A DNA stretch of 64,000 bases from the IMG/VR virus record IMGVR_UViG_3300005856_000023, positions 32,001 through 96,000 of that record. One strand, given 5' to 3'. Positions 10,948-21,256 of the stretch are shown here, in pieces. The position numbers were made by a program, and so were the translations under genes. Each line of letters starts with the position of its first letter. Position 1 is the stretch's first letter. This DNA is from a virus. Below the pieces are notes generated by a model, which was not told the DNA's origin, did no database searches, and worked only from the letters and a program-made list of their open reading frames with translations.

Positions 10948-10968
10948 TTTTTTTTACTAACAAAAAAA
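10948..10968. terminator. bidirectional hairpin-less T-tract terminator (representative)
   Basis: T8 after the sheath TAA and T7 (minus strand) after the convergent gene's TAA. Confidence 0.6.
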
Positions 10969-11928
10969 TTAAGATAGATGGATAGTTTGAATTGTTGCAG
11001 GATAAACTTTTATTTTTTGATCTCCAAATGTTGTTAATATGCTTTCAAAGTAAAAGTTTGGAGCTAAGACCTGATTATCATTTTCAACAATCTTTAAAAT
11101 TGGTTTAATAATAGCAATTGGATAAAGTAAAGGTCTATTAACTTTGTTGTTTATAATGATGTCTATAATCAAGTTTTCATCTTCATTATAAAGAAAACCT
11201 GTTATATCAAAAACAGTGTAGGTTACGCCAGAACGATTTATTGTTATTAATTCATTAGTTGATTCAACAGGTAATGTATATCTGTTACGAAGCACATTAA
11301 AATCAGAAATTAGTTTTGCTTTCGATAAATTAATTGCATAACTATAAACTTCAACGTTCAAAAATCTGTTGCTTATCATTCTAGCAAACAATGATGAATT
11401 TTGTTCATAATCTATAACCAAATCTACTATTAAAGCATTTGTTTTTGGTAAACGAAATCTTAAAAAGTTTTGTTGTAATAGGGAATTAGCATAAAATACT
11501 GGAATCGCATCTATATTTAACAATATCCGGTGTGCTAGTATTGGTAAGTAAATATAATCCAAACTACTATTGATATTTAGTTCAGCTAAAGTATGCTCTT
11601 GTGTTGTATTTGTAATTATATCTTGATAAACTATTTTGTAGATTATTTTATTTAGTGTCCAGTTAAAATTATAGACTTGGCTAAAGAGATAAGGTGTATA
11701 ATATTCTGGTGTTGTTACTAACCTAGTATGTTTATCAAAAGTCAAAGTTGTATAAGACCTTAGCAGACTCGTAGGTATTTCCAAAAACAGAAGACGATAA
11801 GAATTTCTGAGTGTATTTATGTCATAGGTATAATCTGTATGTTCTGCGTATAGGTTAAAAGTTGTTGAAATTACATTTGCTTCTATTAGTTTGAGTAAAT
11901 TTTCCAGATGTCTATTAACAACATACAT
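10969..11928 (-). CDS. hypothetical, probable virion protein
   Basis: 319-aa ORF; AGC-N9-ATG. Confidence 0.6.
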   Translation of the reverse strand: MYVVNRHLENLLKLIEANVISTTFNLYAEHTDYTYDINTLRNSYRLLFLEIPTSLLRSYTTLTFDKHTRLVTTPEYYTPYLFSQVYNFNWTLNKIIYKIVYQDIITNTTQEHTLAELNINSSLDYIYLPILAHRILLNIDAIPVFYANSLLQQNFLRFRLPKTNALIVDLVIDYEQNSSLFARMISNRFLNVEVYSYAINLSKAKLISDFNVLRNRYTLPVESTNELITINRSGVTYTVFDITGFLYNEDENLIIDIIINNKVNRPLLYPIAIIKPILKIVENDNQVLAPNFYFESILTTFGDQKIKVYPATIQTIHLS

Positions 11929-11933
11929 TTGCT

Positions 11934-12767
11934 TTATGCTTTATCATCTATATTGCCAAGCAGAAATTTCTCAAATTCTGTTATACTATCTTGTTTACGT
12001 ACAAGTAAATTAGGTATTGCTAACTTGATATTCTCAAAATACAACTGTCGTATTGGATATAAATATTTTATGGCTTGCTTAAATCTTAGCATTTTAGCAT
12101 ACTTACAATTACTATTCCTATACAACTTAAATACATCATCATTACAAGTTAAAGTTTGAGCAAGCCAAGTCTCGATATAAACACTAGTTATATCCAAACC
12201 TAGTAGTTCTGCTAACTGTTGGATTCTGTCAAAAGCTTTTTGACCATTCAAGCCATTTATCATGTTAAGCCAATCTGCCATTTGCTCTAGTATTGACATT
12301 GCAATATCAGCAGTTAACGTTAGATTTTCCACTCTAGCAAATGGTGTTTGTTCTTCAGGATAATACAACAAAGCCAAATATACATTTTTATCTTTAATCC
12401 TGAGAGTCAAATTATCTGATTCAGTATCTTGAGATTCTGCTTCAGATAACAACCTAGACAAAGGTCTATTTGTTTTTTGTAAATTAGCTTCGTTCAAATA
12501 TACACATACATAATGTATACCAGTAGTGTAATAAACATTACTATATTTTACATCATGTAAATCTATAGTCTCTTCGTTATCTAGCAAATCATATATTTCC
12601 AGAGCAATATCTCTATCCTGTGTAAAATATAACAATGGTATACAATAAAGTTCGTTTTCCTGTTTTAATATATGTGTTGTTTTAAGAATGATATACAAAT
12701 TAGGTAAATTTGTTAGCAATGTTACATTATCGCTGTCTACAGTAATAGGAATTTTATCTTTGCTCAT
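11934..12767 (-). CDS. RNA polymerase beta' C-terminal fragment (possibly virion RNAP)
   Basis: SVYIETWLAQTL resembles HIEVIVRQM; LYFENIKLAI...KQDSITEFEKFLLG resembles ASFQETTRVL...GK.D.L.GLKENVIVG; AGC-class promoter. Confidence 0.6.
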   Translation of the reverse strand: MSKDKIPITVDSDNVTLLTNLPNLYIILKTTHILKQENELYCIPLLYFTQDRDIALEIYDLLDNEETIDLHDVKYSNVYYTTGIHYVCVYLNEANLQKTNRPLSRLLSEAESQDTESDNLTLRIKDKNVYLALLYYPEEQTPFARVENLTLTADIAMSILEQMADWLNMINGLNGQKAFDRIQQLAELLGLDITSVYIETWLAQTLTCNDDVFKLYRNSNCKYAKMLRFKQAIKYLYPIRQLYFENIKLAIPNLLVRKQDSITEFEKFLLGNIDDKA

Positions 12768-12783
12768 TCTAGTTAGGTGCTAT

Positions 12784-14817
12784 TTAACGTCTGGGAATTC
12801 CAGCAACTCTACTCAAATCTACTAATTCCCACTTACCATTATAATATTCAAAAACAGCTATATGAAAGTGATGTCCTGTAGACAGTCTGGATATGTATTT
12901 TGTTCCACTTATTTCATAATGTTTCATATCAACTATAACTATTTTACCATCACTGGTTTTTGCTTGTAATATGTAGTTTGCATCACTAGAACCAAAAGAA
13001 CAAATACCAAAATAGCGCCTTATTCTATTTGTAATATCTGTTCCCATATCTATTTTTGCACTTCCAGTTGGTATATCAGTACCTGCATGATGTCCTAGAC
13101 CAGGTCTTGCATCTAATGGAACTGATGATGCAAATCTGAATCTGTTGTCATATAGTATGCTAGGTATTTGAGATATTAAACTGGATGCACTATATTGTGT
13201 TGTTACAATATCTCCGTCACAGTACAATGAAACTTCATCCAAACATAATCTACCAGAACGACTAAGTTGTTGTTGTAATTGCTTACGTACATTATCATCT
13301 TCTGTAAGTTCCCACCTGTTATTTCTCAGAATGTAGGTTGTTATGCGACCTCTTTCATACTTTACCTTAACTGGAACTTGTTCTCCATTGATAATTACAT
13401 AATTATTACATCCGGTTGTTTTTATTGGTTTTCGTGTTTTTGCATTTGGTTTGGTATAAGTATCTTTTTTTGGTGGAGCAATCGGTCCAGTAGCTCCAGT
13501 TCCTGTTTCAATATTCAATCTATCCTTTGTTAGAGTCTTCAAAATTGGATGACCCATTGCTAACAGAATCTCTCTAGACTGAAATTCATTATCTAGTTCA
13601 GATATATTTTGCTCTAAAACATACTTAATGGGATCAAAGAAATATGCTCCGGTAAATAGTGGTGAAGTCGGTTGAGCAAGATACTTGAGATCCTTAGTTG
13701 CAACAACTATGTTTGCTATATCAGAGACAGTTAAGTTGATAGTTACTTTTTTAGGCCATCCGTTAGCAAAAGTTTCTTTGCTTGTTTGTAAATTAAAATC
13801 TGTTATAATTCCTAATGGTATGAATATTTTACCAGGAACTAAGAGTGTAACATAGTGAGGTTCACCAGCAAATAATTGAGAATAGTTTTGTAATATGGCT
13901 AATATATCTTTAATTAACCTATTTGTTGCTTCAAATCTATTTAGATAGTCAGGTCCAGCTTGTTGCAAAGTCATACCTGTTAGATACAAAGATGGAACAA
14001 ATATATTCTCGTAAAATTGTCTAGCAGAATTTGCTACCAAAGTTATTGTTATCGAGCATTGACAATTGTAAGAGGTAGATGTATACACTCTTGGTAGTTG
14101 TATGTTTTTAATTAACTTGGATAACAGTATGGCTAGAGTTGCTGTTTCCATAAGAGTTTCAGGTAGATTAGTTAGTATATTTGATGTTGGTTCATTTGTT
14201 GTAGTTGATTTATTAATTCCAATTAAATCGGTTATAGATTTTGCAAGACTACTACCTAGATAAACTGATATACCATATTGTCTGAGCAACTGAACAAACC
14301 GTTCATCTAGATCTAATTCAGAATCGCTATAACGATTAGTTATTGTCTGACTAATATCTACATCATCAGCTAAAAATCCTACCAAAACAGATTGCCTCAA
14401 GCTACTAACCAATTTATTAACATCAACTCCTCTTATTACATCCATTGTATCAAATCTTTTAAGTTTTTCTGAATTACCGGATAATGATAATATATACTGA
14501 GCAATTTTATCGTTATAATATCTGGCTCTGCCTCCAACAGACCTAATAAGCTTGTAAAATTCAAATACGTTGCTAGCAGATAGTTTAACTTTAGTTTTGT
14601 TCAAATCCAACGCTGTTAACAAACCGATCAGTAGAATTGATTGTATAGTTGTTAGTTGTCCTAAATTTATGTTTATAGGATCTAAGGGAAGTAAGTAACA
14701 AATGTCACTTGTTATAATTGTATCTTTATAAACTTGACTCATTAATACATCTGTATTTGAAGTCACATCTTTTCCGAAAACAGTGATAGTTCCATATCTG
14801 CTTTTTAGGGTGTACAT
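12784..14817 (-). CDS. baseplate hub-like protein with C-terminal M23-family peptidase
   Basis: Tube/hub-like segment GIITDFNL...NGWPKKVTINLTVSD; HHAGTD (HxxxD) and STGHHFH (HxH) zinc motifs. Confidence 0.65.
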   Translation of the reverse strand: MYTLKSRYGTITVFGKDVTSNTDVLMSQVYKDTIITSDICYLLPLDPININLGQLTTIQSILLIGLLTALDLNKTKVKLSASNVFEFYKLIRSVGGRARYYNDKIAQYILSLSGNSEKLKRFDTMDVIRGVDVNKLVSSLRQSVLVGFLADDVDISQTITNRYSDSELDLDERFVQLLRQYGISVYLGSSLAKSITDLIGINKSTTTNEPTSNILTNLPETLMETATLAILLSKLIKNIQLPRVYTSTSYNCQCSITITLVANSARQFYENIFVPSLYLTGMTLQQAGPDYLNRFEATNRLIKDILAILQNYSQLFAGEPHYVTLLVPGKIFIPLGIITDFNLQTSKETFANGWPKKVTINLTVSDIANIVVATKDLKYLAQPTSPLFTGAYFFDPIKYVLEQNISELDNEFQSREILLAMGHPILKTLTKDRLNIETGTGATGPIAPPKKDTYTKPNAKTRKPIKTTGCNNYVIINGEQVPVKVKYERGRITTYILRNNRWELTEDDNVRKQLQQQLSRSGRLCLDEVSLYCDGDIVTTQYSASSLISQIPSILYDNRFRFASSVPLDARPGLGHHAGTDIPTGSAKIDMGTDITNRIRRYFGICSFGSSDANYILQAKTSDGKIVIVDMKHYEISGTKYISRLSTGHHFHIAVFEYYNGKWELVDLSRVAGIPRR

Positions 14818-14860
14818 AAGCTGACTTGCTTGTTGTTTCAATTAAACGATAACAAAAAAA

Positions 14861-15289
14861 CTACATAACTACCTGAGCAATATAATCTACTCCATTAATT
14901 TTTACTCTCACTTCATAAAATGGTAGAGCATCAGATTGAGTTACTGCATTCACTTGATCATAGATAACATACTCATTTGTTGTTGGATCTTTAAGCAAAT
15001 ACTTTAAATTTAATTCCAGACTTTCAATTAGTAATAAGAGTTCGCGAGCTTCTGTTTCACTTAAACCATAATTAATCATGTTACGAACTATATCCTCTCT
15101 AAAATCATTAAGTGAAGGATAATGAGTTTTACCAAGCAAATTGTATAAATAACTACCTCCAGTTAAATCTATTATAAAAGCATTTTTTGGAAAACTTAAT
15201 GTTTTTATGATAAAGTATAATAACTTTAATGCTTTATCATCAATATCTCTTAAAATTGACCCATCATAAATGTTTTGTATTGGAAGCAT
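14861..15289 (-). CDS. putative baseplate wedge (gp25-like) protein
   Basis: Size, P.....D..GGSYLY.LLG pattern, adjacent to hub gene. Confidence 0.45.
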   Translation of the reverse strand: MLPIQNIYDGSILRDIDDKALKLLYFIIKTLSFPKNAFIIDLTGGSYLYNLLGKTHYPSLNDFREDIVRNMINYGLSETEARELLLLIESLELNLKYLLKDPTTNEYVIYDQVNAVTQSDALPFYEVRVKINGVDYIAQVVM

Positions 15290-15301
15290 CTACATAATGC
15301 T
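15285..15301. promoter_or_regulatory. interlocked divergent class-2 (AGC) promoters
   Basis: AGCAT-CTACATA-ATGCT: each gene's ATG-CT start supplies the AGC for the opposite gene, with a 9-nt spacer both ways. Confidence 0.65.
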
Positions 15302-16352
15302 AGATATTAAGAGAATATATGCCACAGATAATTCAGAGATTACAAACTTATTCAAAAAAGTTCCTTTAAAAAAAGATGAAACTTCTATTATGAAACTTTA
15401 CCAACTAACTTGTAAAGGTTCTGCTTCCGTTGACTATACAGAAACAGAAAAAAATAAATTAACTAGGATACCCATATTTACTTTATCTGTTAATAAAACA
15501 ATTATTTACATTCCAAAGTATGATTTATATAGCGTTGATGTTGTAACTCCTGTTAAACAGCTAGAAGAATATTTTGGAAAGTTTTATGCCAAGTTTTTAG
15601 CAACTCTATCAGATCAAGGAAAAATAGTTATAGTTAGAGATATCGTTTTACCCAGATTTATAGCCGTTCAATGTCTTACGTATGTAGCTGATAGATTTGT
15701 CTTGAATTCACTGCCCAAAATTGTTAGTGACTTATATATCATATCTAAAAGTAAAGATGAAGTCACTGTAGATGCTTTGTTATCTCCGATTAGTAAGATT
15801 AAATTGATGCTTGATATGTATAACAATATCAACAACAGGTTTGATATATTAGTAGAGTATTTATCCAGCAATATTGAAATATTTTTGGAACAAGTCTTGG
15901 AGATGTTTAAATACTTTCTATTTTCACAGAAAGGACTAAATGTTAGTCAAATCAAAGATGAAGTTCACGCTAAAATAATACTTTACATTTTACATCACTT
16001 TATATCTCCATTAATGTTTCCGAATTTGACTGATCAACAAAGAGAACAAATCATAAACAAGTTTTCAAAACGATTGAATTATAAATTTGTTTACAATCCA
16101 AATTACATACCAACGCTGGGAAATCTGTTCTCATCAATATCCAAGTTAGATAAAGAGTTATACTACTATCAAGATGTAACAAGAGTATTTGCTCGTGCCT
16201 ATAAAATACATCCGTATTTGATATGGACTTTAAGTAATATTTATGGTATGTTGCATACTCTTATTGCGAATCAATTCAACATACAAATAATGAAGATACC
16301 TTTGTTATCAAGGTTTATTACCTTACAACTTCCTCTAAAAAGAGGAGAGTAA
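15297..16352 (+). CDS. hypothetical protein
   Basis: ORF; start moved to AGC-N9-ATG. Confidence 0.7.
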   Translation: MLDIKRIYATDNSEITNLFKKVPLKKDETSIMKLYQLTCKGSASVDYTETEKNKLTRIPIFTLSVNKTIIYIPKYDLYSVDVVTPVKQLEEYFGKFYAKFLATLSDQGKIVIVRDIVLPRFIAVQCLTYVADRFVLNSLPKIVSDLYIISKSKDEVTVDALLSPISKIKLMLDMYNNINNRFDILVEYLSSNIEIFLEQVLEMFKYFLFSQKGLNVSQIKDEVHAKIILYILHHFISPLMFPNLTDQQREQIINKFSKRLNYKFVYNPNYIPTLGNLFSSISKLDKELYYYQDVTRVFARAYKIHPYLIWTLSNIYGMLHTLIANQFNIQIMKIPLLSRFITLQLPLKRGE

Positions 16353-16354
16353 AA

Positions 16355-17008
16355 ATGATTTACATAACTTATAAATACAACATGAGACAATCTCCTGCAA
16401 CTAAATCATTAAAACATTTCGAGCAAAGAATATTTGATCGCATACATCAGATCGAGAAAGGATTACTTGAATTACAAATATCTCCTTTGTTTAAGTTTAG
16501 CAAAAATGAGTTTAGATGGCTCTTGTTTTTGGATGTAGAAACCATCACTAAAATTAGAGAACCAAATAAAGGATTAACATTAAAAACTTTCACAGGTAGA
16601 GGCTTACATGTTTTCAATTTTGTTGCTTACAAGATTCGTGATATTATTAAAACTAGACAAATGTTAAAACAAAACGAATGCATAAAAAATAAGATTGATA
16701 TAACAACTACATTAAGAGTAACACCAATGAGATTTTTAGGTTGCTTTTCAACAAAACATAAAATATGGCTACATCCTTATTTAGTTGAACATGATGATTA
16801 CGAACAAATAAAATATCTTGCTTCCAAACCACCAAGTGTGTATTTACAAACAAAATTTGCAAAACAAGTTTGTGATTATTTATCCATATCATATAACAAA
16901 CACGATTTAGATACGTATGCTAGAATAATAGTTGAACCTTTCAAAAAAATTATTAAAAGCGAAAGTAACATTTTGGATATTGTAAATCATATGCTAAATT
17001 GTGTGTAA
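16355..17008 (+). CDS. archaeo-eukaryotic primase (AEP) catalytic-domain protein
   Basis: FLDVE (motif I), FTGRGLHV (motif II), KID...MRFLG (motif III); GAGGAG SD. Confidence 0.7.
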   Translation: MIYITYKYNMRQSPATKSLKHFEQRIFDRIHQIEKGLLELQISPLFKFSKNEFRWLLFLDVETITKIREPNKGLTLKTFTGRGLHVFNFVAYKIRDIIKTRQMLKQNECIKNKIDITTTLRVTPMRFLGCFSTKHKIWLHPYLVEHDDYEQIKYLASKPPSVYLQTKFAKQVCDYLSISYNKHDLDTYARIIVEPFKKIIKSESNILDIVNHMLNCV

Positions 17009-17028
17009 CAGAGCTAAATTTTTAAAAC

Positions 17029-17472
17029 ATGAGGAGCTTTGCCATACCTAGAAACCTATTGAACATACCTTTTAATGTTGTTTATGCAGATAAATTCATT
17101 ATTTGTAGCATGGAACCCAGTACTAATGATGAAGATAGTCTTCTGATTGCAGGATTAGATTTTACAGAAATTGCTGCTAATAATAAACGAGTAAAATTTT
17201 CCAACTTAGAAAAAGGTTTAAGATTGTATATAGGTAGTTCTTACTATGTTGTTAAGGATATCGTACATGTAAAACAAAATAATCTAGTTCCATTTTACAT
17301 TGCAAAACCATTTATGGAATTTGGAGAATTTAGAATCTTTGGTCCGTTTAGAGTTAATTTAGAAATAACAGAAAACGAAACTGAGGAATATGAAATAGCT
17401 AATCTAAAAATAAGTTTTGAAAAGAAATTTAATTTGTTAGAGGTATTAGATACTAACTTTAAGGTAAATTAG
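17029..17472 (+). CDS. hypothetical protein
   Basis: ORF with class-1 promoter. Confidence 0.7.
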   Translation: MRSFAIPRNLLNIPFNVVYADKFIICSMEPSTNDEDSLLIAGLDFTEIAANNKRVKFSNLEKGLRLYIGSSYYVVKDIVHVKQNNLVPFYIAKPFMEFGEFRIFGPFRVNLEITENETEEYEIANLKISFEKKFNLLEVLDTNFKVN

Positions 17473-17496
17473 CAAAATTGTCTAAATTTTTTTACA

Positions 17497-17733
17497 ATGA
17501 GGAAAGTGAAAGTTCCAAAGAGAGAATTTCCCAATTTAGATCAATTAATACTCGATTTCATGAATCTACCATCAATTGATAGAGTAAGAAGAATTATGCA
17601 TTGCATGTATAATGTAAATACATGTGATAAAGATACAATGAAAATTGATCCTTATTTAATACCAATGTTTAGAAAATTGAAATCTATGTATCCAACAGTT
17701 AGGGATGAAGTCTTATTAAGAGCAATTCTCTAA
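17497..17733 (+). CDS. small hypothetical protein
   Basis: 78 aa, class-1 promoter, T-run after stop. Confidence 0.7.
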   Translation: MRKVKVPKREFPNLDQLILDFMNLPSIDRVRRIMHCMYNVNTCDKDTMKIDPYLIPMFRKLKSMYPTVRDEVLLRAIL

Positions 17734-17765
17734 TTTTTTTGCTCAACGATGCTAAATTTATCAAA

Positions 17766-18371
17766 ATGAAAGAATTCTTGAGTATAGCAAAACAATTAGT
17801 AGATTTAACAAAAAATGATTCAATTGCAAATCATTTTACTGAATCTGCAGAGAGAGTATCAAAATACTGGACGGAGATCATGCAATTTGCTATTAATAGA
17901 AAAAATTTTGATTCTGATGCAGAATGTATTAAGCATCTACTAACTATCAAAACTTTTGAGGATAATTTTGAAGATGAAGATGTAAGCATGAACAAAAGCA
18001 AAAATTTGCTATTCGTTGGACCTATTAAAGTATATAGTGTATGTGCTCATCATTATGCTCCCATTATAGGTAATGTCTGGTGTGGATACAAGCCACAAAA
18101 CAAAATCATTGGCTTATCAAAATTATCACGTATTGCTAAACTATATGCAAGACAACCCATTGTACAGGAACTATATACTGATGGACTATTTGATTTGCTA
18201 AAGTATTTTACTGAATCGGACAGAATAGTAGTAATAACTTATATGAGACATTTATGTATGGAGTCTAGAGGAATAAACGATACAAACTCCATAACAACAT
18301 ACTACAAACATAATTTAGATGATGCGGAATTCCAAGCATTACTATCTACAATTAAGTTTGAGAAACCATAA
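17766..18371 (+). CDS. folE: GTP cyclohydrolase I
   Basis: SVCAHHYAP, IIGLSKLSR, QE, HLCMESRG. Confidence 0.95.
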   Translation: MKEFLSIAKQLVDLTKNDSIANHFTESAERVSKYWTEIMQFAINRKNFDSDAECIKHLLTIKTFEDNFEDEDVSMNKSKNLLFVGPIKVYSVCAHHYAPIIGNVWCGYKPQNKIIGLSKLSRIAKLYARQPIVQELYTDGLFDLLKYFTESDRIVVITYMRHLCMESRGINDTNSITTYYKHNLDDAEFQALLSTIKFEKP

Positions 18372-18401
18372 CTACCTTACAAGTAATCTAAATTTTTTGT
18401 T

Positions 18402-19460
18402 ATGAGGTTAAGTAGTTTGCTACAAATTAATATTGATCGAATGCTATTGCTAGGACCTCCAGGTATCGGTAAAACATCTATTATTAAGCAGATTGCAATA
18501 TCAGAATCTGAAAAGAGAAATAAAATATTTGTTGATCTGAATGAAAAATTTTCAGCAGATGAGATATTGAAAAATCCAGATAAATACTATGTATACTATA
18601 GGATTATTGCTCCGTATTTTAATAGTGATATCATAGAATTTCCAAAAATTGTTGATGGATATGTTAAATTATTTCCTGTAGAGGTATTTGAAGTATTACA
18701 GAAATGCGAAGGTATACTATTTGTTGATGAGATAACGAATGTTCAAATACCTCATATAAGAACATTGTTCTATTCATTACTTGATTCAAAGGAATTGGGT
18801 AGTCATATAAAATTGAGTCATTTGAAAATTGTAGCGGCTGGGAACAAAATTGAACATTCGGAAGATGCGGAAACATTACCAAAACCATTGAGAAACAGAT
18901 TAATAATTGTTAATGTAGAAGTAGATGCTAATGATTGGCTAAAGTGGTATACATCATCTAATTCATTCAATGAACATGTTGCCGCGTTTATACATGAACA
19001 TCCAGGATATTTGCTATATGATGTTGATCCAAAATATGATGATGGATACACTAATTTTGCATCACCAAGAACATGGGAACGAGTTGGATTATTGCTAAAT
19101 GAAACAAAAGATAATATTGATACAAAAATTAGGAGAGAATTGTTAATGGGATTGTTAGGACCAATTGTAGCTGATAAGTTTGACTCATTCTTAAAATATA
19201 ATGTTGACTATCATAGATTAAAGAATCACTATGAATATTGGAACTCATTACATAGATCACAGAAATTGATGGCAATATTCACGATTGCAGCTAACATCAA
19301 CAAAGAATGGATTAAATTTCTAATGTGGCTAATTGATCATGAACCGGAGATGGTTAAGATTTGTTTGGATAAGGTTAATACAAAACTAGATATGGATATA
19401 GTCAAAGATCTAACAATGCTTAATGTTCAACTATCAAAAAAGATTTCGCTATTGAGATAA
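18402..19460 (+). CDS. MoxR-like AAA+ ATPase
   Basis: GPPGIGKT, LFVDEI, VAAGN, PLRNR, FASPRTWE. Confidence 0.88.
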   Translation: MRLSSLLQINIDRMLLLGPPGIGKTSIIKQIAISESEKRNKIFVDLNEKFSADEILKNPDKYYVYYRIIAPYFNSDIIEFPKIVDGYVKLFPVEVFEVLQKCEGILFVDEITNVQIPHIRTLFYSLLDSKELGSHIKLSHLKIVAAGNKIEHSEDAETLPKPLRNRLIIVNVEVDANDWLKWYTSSNSFNEHVAAFIHEHPGYLLYDVDPKYDDGYTNFASPRTWERVGLLLNETKDNIDTKIRRELLMGLLGPIVADKFDSFLKYNVDYHRLKNHYEYWNSLHRSQKLMAIFTIAANINKEWIKFLMWLIDHEPEMVKICLDKVNTKLDMDIVKDLTMLNVQLSKKISLLR

Positions 19461-19832
19461 ATTGATCATTTTTTGCTTCCAGAACTCTATTAAATACTTC
19501 TTTTTAAATATGTGATTTCTGCTAGCATACAATTTCAGAGTATTTTTTATAATCCTCATTGTATATAATTTGAGACTAAAATATTTACCATCGGTTAGAT
19601 ACGAGATTAGCAGCCTATCTTTATAGATTTCAGAGCTCATCATTAATTCCTTTAAGCCAAGCCTGGTAAAATTTGATGCTAATTTATCACCTCCGTAAAC
19701 AGGCAATATATCCACATCGTCAATATCATAAAAGTTATCATCTTTTGCATATTTGATTTGATAGAATTTTTTTGCTTTCTCATGTTGTCCAAATAATATG
19801 TGTGCTGATACCTCCTTATGCTGATCTTGCAT
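19449..19832 (-). CDS. hypothetical protein
   Basis: 127-aa ORF with class-1 promoter. Confidence 0.65.
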   Translation of the reverse strand: MQDQHKEVSAHILFGQHEKAKKFYQIKYAKDDNFYDIDDVDILPVYGGDKLASNFTRLGLKELMMSSEIYKDRLLISYLTDGKYFSLKLYTMRIIKNTLKLYASRNHIFKKKYLIEFWKQKMINLSQ

Positions 19833-19862
19833 AACAAAAAATTTAGTATAATTGTAAAAAAA

Positions 19863-20897
19863 CTACCATCTTAATTCATTTCTCTTTGCATATGTTTGTG
19901 GTTTCTTTTGGAAGAAATCTGTTTTGGTATTGTTTATTGTCCTAAATTGATCAATCCAAGGTAATGGATTCTCTGTTATATGATATATTGGCTTGAAACC
20001 TAATTGAGTTATCCTCAAGTTAGCCAAATATTTTATATACTTCTCAATCAAATCATTGTTTATACCCAATATTTTGTTTTGCGTTACATATTGTCCCCAT
20101 CTAATTTCGTGATATGTAGCAAACTTAAAATATTCAACAATCCATTTCTCAAGTTCTTTAAATACATCCGGTTGCTCCTCTTTTAGGCTAAGTATTATAT
20201 TGCGAAACAATGTAACATGAGTTAACTCGTCTCTGTTTATGTATTTTATTTGTTGAACTGTGTTTAACATTTTGCCTTGTCTACCAAGTGTATAGAAGAA
20301 TGCAAAACCAGAATAGAAGTATAAGCTCTCAAGTACGTAGTTTGCAATAGTAGCTTTAACAAAGTTTTCAATACTTGGATTGAATCTCAAGTTATCATAA
20401 ATTTCAGCTATGACTTTTATACGTTCCTTCAATACTTCATCCTGTCTCCAGTAGTTGTATATTTCATCTGCTTTGATAGGATCTACAACACTTTCAAGTA
20501 TTAGTTGATAGGAATATGAATGTAGTGCTTCCTGAAACTCCTGTGCTGTTATAGCCATATGCAATTCTGGAGCAGTTAAATATCTTGTGAATTCTTTCAA
20601 ATTAACAACTTGAAAACTATCCAAAGCAATTAGAAAGCTTAACGCTAATTCATATGCTCGCTTCTCAGCTTCTGATAGTGATTTCTCATATTGTTTTTTG
20701 TCATCATTCATAGGTATTTCTTCAGGTATCCAAAAGTTGGTAAAGCCCATAGTCTTGTATAGGTCAAAAGCCCACTGATATTTGACGTTATTAAGTTCCA
20801 TAATGTTAGTTGTATTTCCGCCAATGATGCATCTGGCATTAATATTTCTTTCTCCAAATTCGTTAAATATTTTTGTTGGATTTAAATGTTTTTCCAT
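19863..20897 (-). CDS. nrdB: class I ribonucleotide reductase beta subunit
   Basis: NFWIPEEI, ALDSFQ, QEALHSYSY, LESLYFYSGF, RDELTH, KTDFF. Confidence 0.95.
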   Translation of the reverse strand: MEKHLNPTKIFNEFGERNINARCIIGGNTTNIMELNNVKYQWAFDLYKTMGFTNFWIPEEIPMNDDKKQYEKSLSEAEKRAYELALSFLIALDSFQVVNLKEFTRYLTAPELHMAITAQEFQEALHSYSYQLILESVVDPIKADEIYNYWRQDEVLKERIKVIAEIYDNLRFNPSIENFVKATIANYVLESLYFYSGFAFFYTLGRQGKMLNTVQQIKYINRDELTHVTLFRNIILSLKEEQPDVFKELEKWIVEYFKFATYHEIRWGQYVTQNKILGINNDLIEKYIKYLANLRITQLGFKPIYHITENPLPWIDQFRTINNTKTDFFQKKPQTYAKRNELRW

Positions 20898-20929
20898 AGT
20901 GATAAATTTAGCATAGGTGTAAAAAAATG

Positions 20930-21226
20930 TTAAAACTTCATTCTTCTTAATTTCAAAATACACTTCGGATGTACTTCATGCATGTAAAATTCAACAATTT
21001 TATTCTCTTTTTCCAATTCGCGTGGAATAAATTTTACTGGGACATAAAATAATTTTGGAGTTATTTGTAATTTAATCACATCTGAATTGTAATGTACGAG
21101 ATAGTTGGTATCATTTTTAAATACCATAATTTCAATTGATACAGATCCTGGTATCAATTCTTTCATGACAGCAGAAATTAAATCGTAATTTAGAATTCCT
21201 TCCTTGTCGTATATAAACACTTCCAT
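20930..21226 (-). CDS. hypothetical protein
   Basis: 98-aa ORF with class-1 promoter. Confidence 0.55.
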   Translation of the reverse strand: MEVFIYDKEGILNYDLISAVMKELIPGSVSIEIMVFKNDTNYLVHYNSDVIKLQITPKLFYVPVKFIPRELEKENKIVEFYMHEVHPKCILKLRRMKF

Positions 21227-21256
21227 GTTTATAAATTTAGATTGGTTGTAAAAAAA

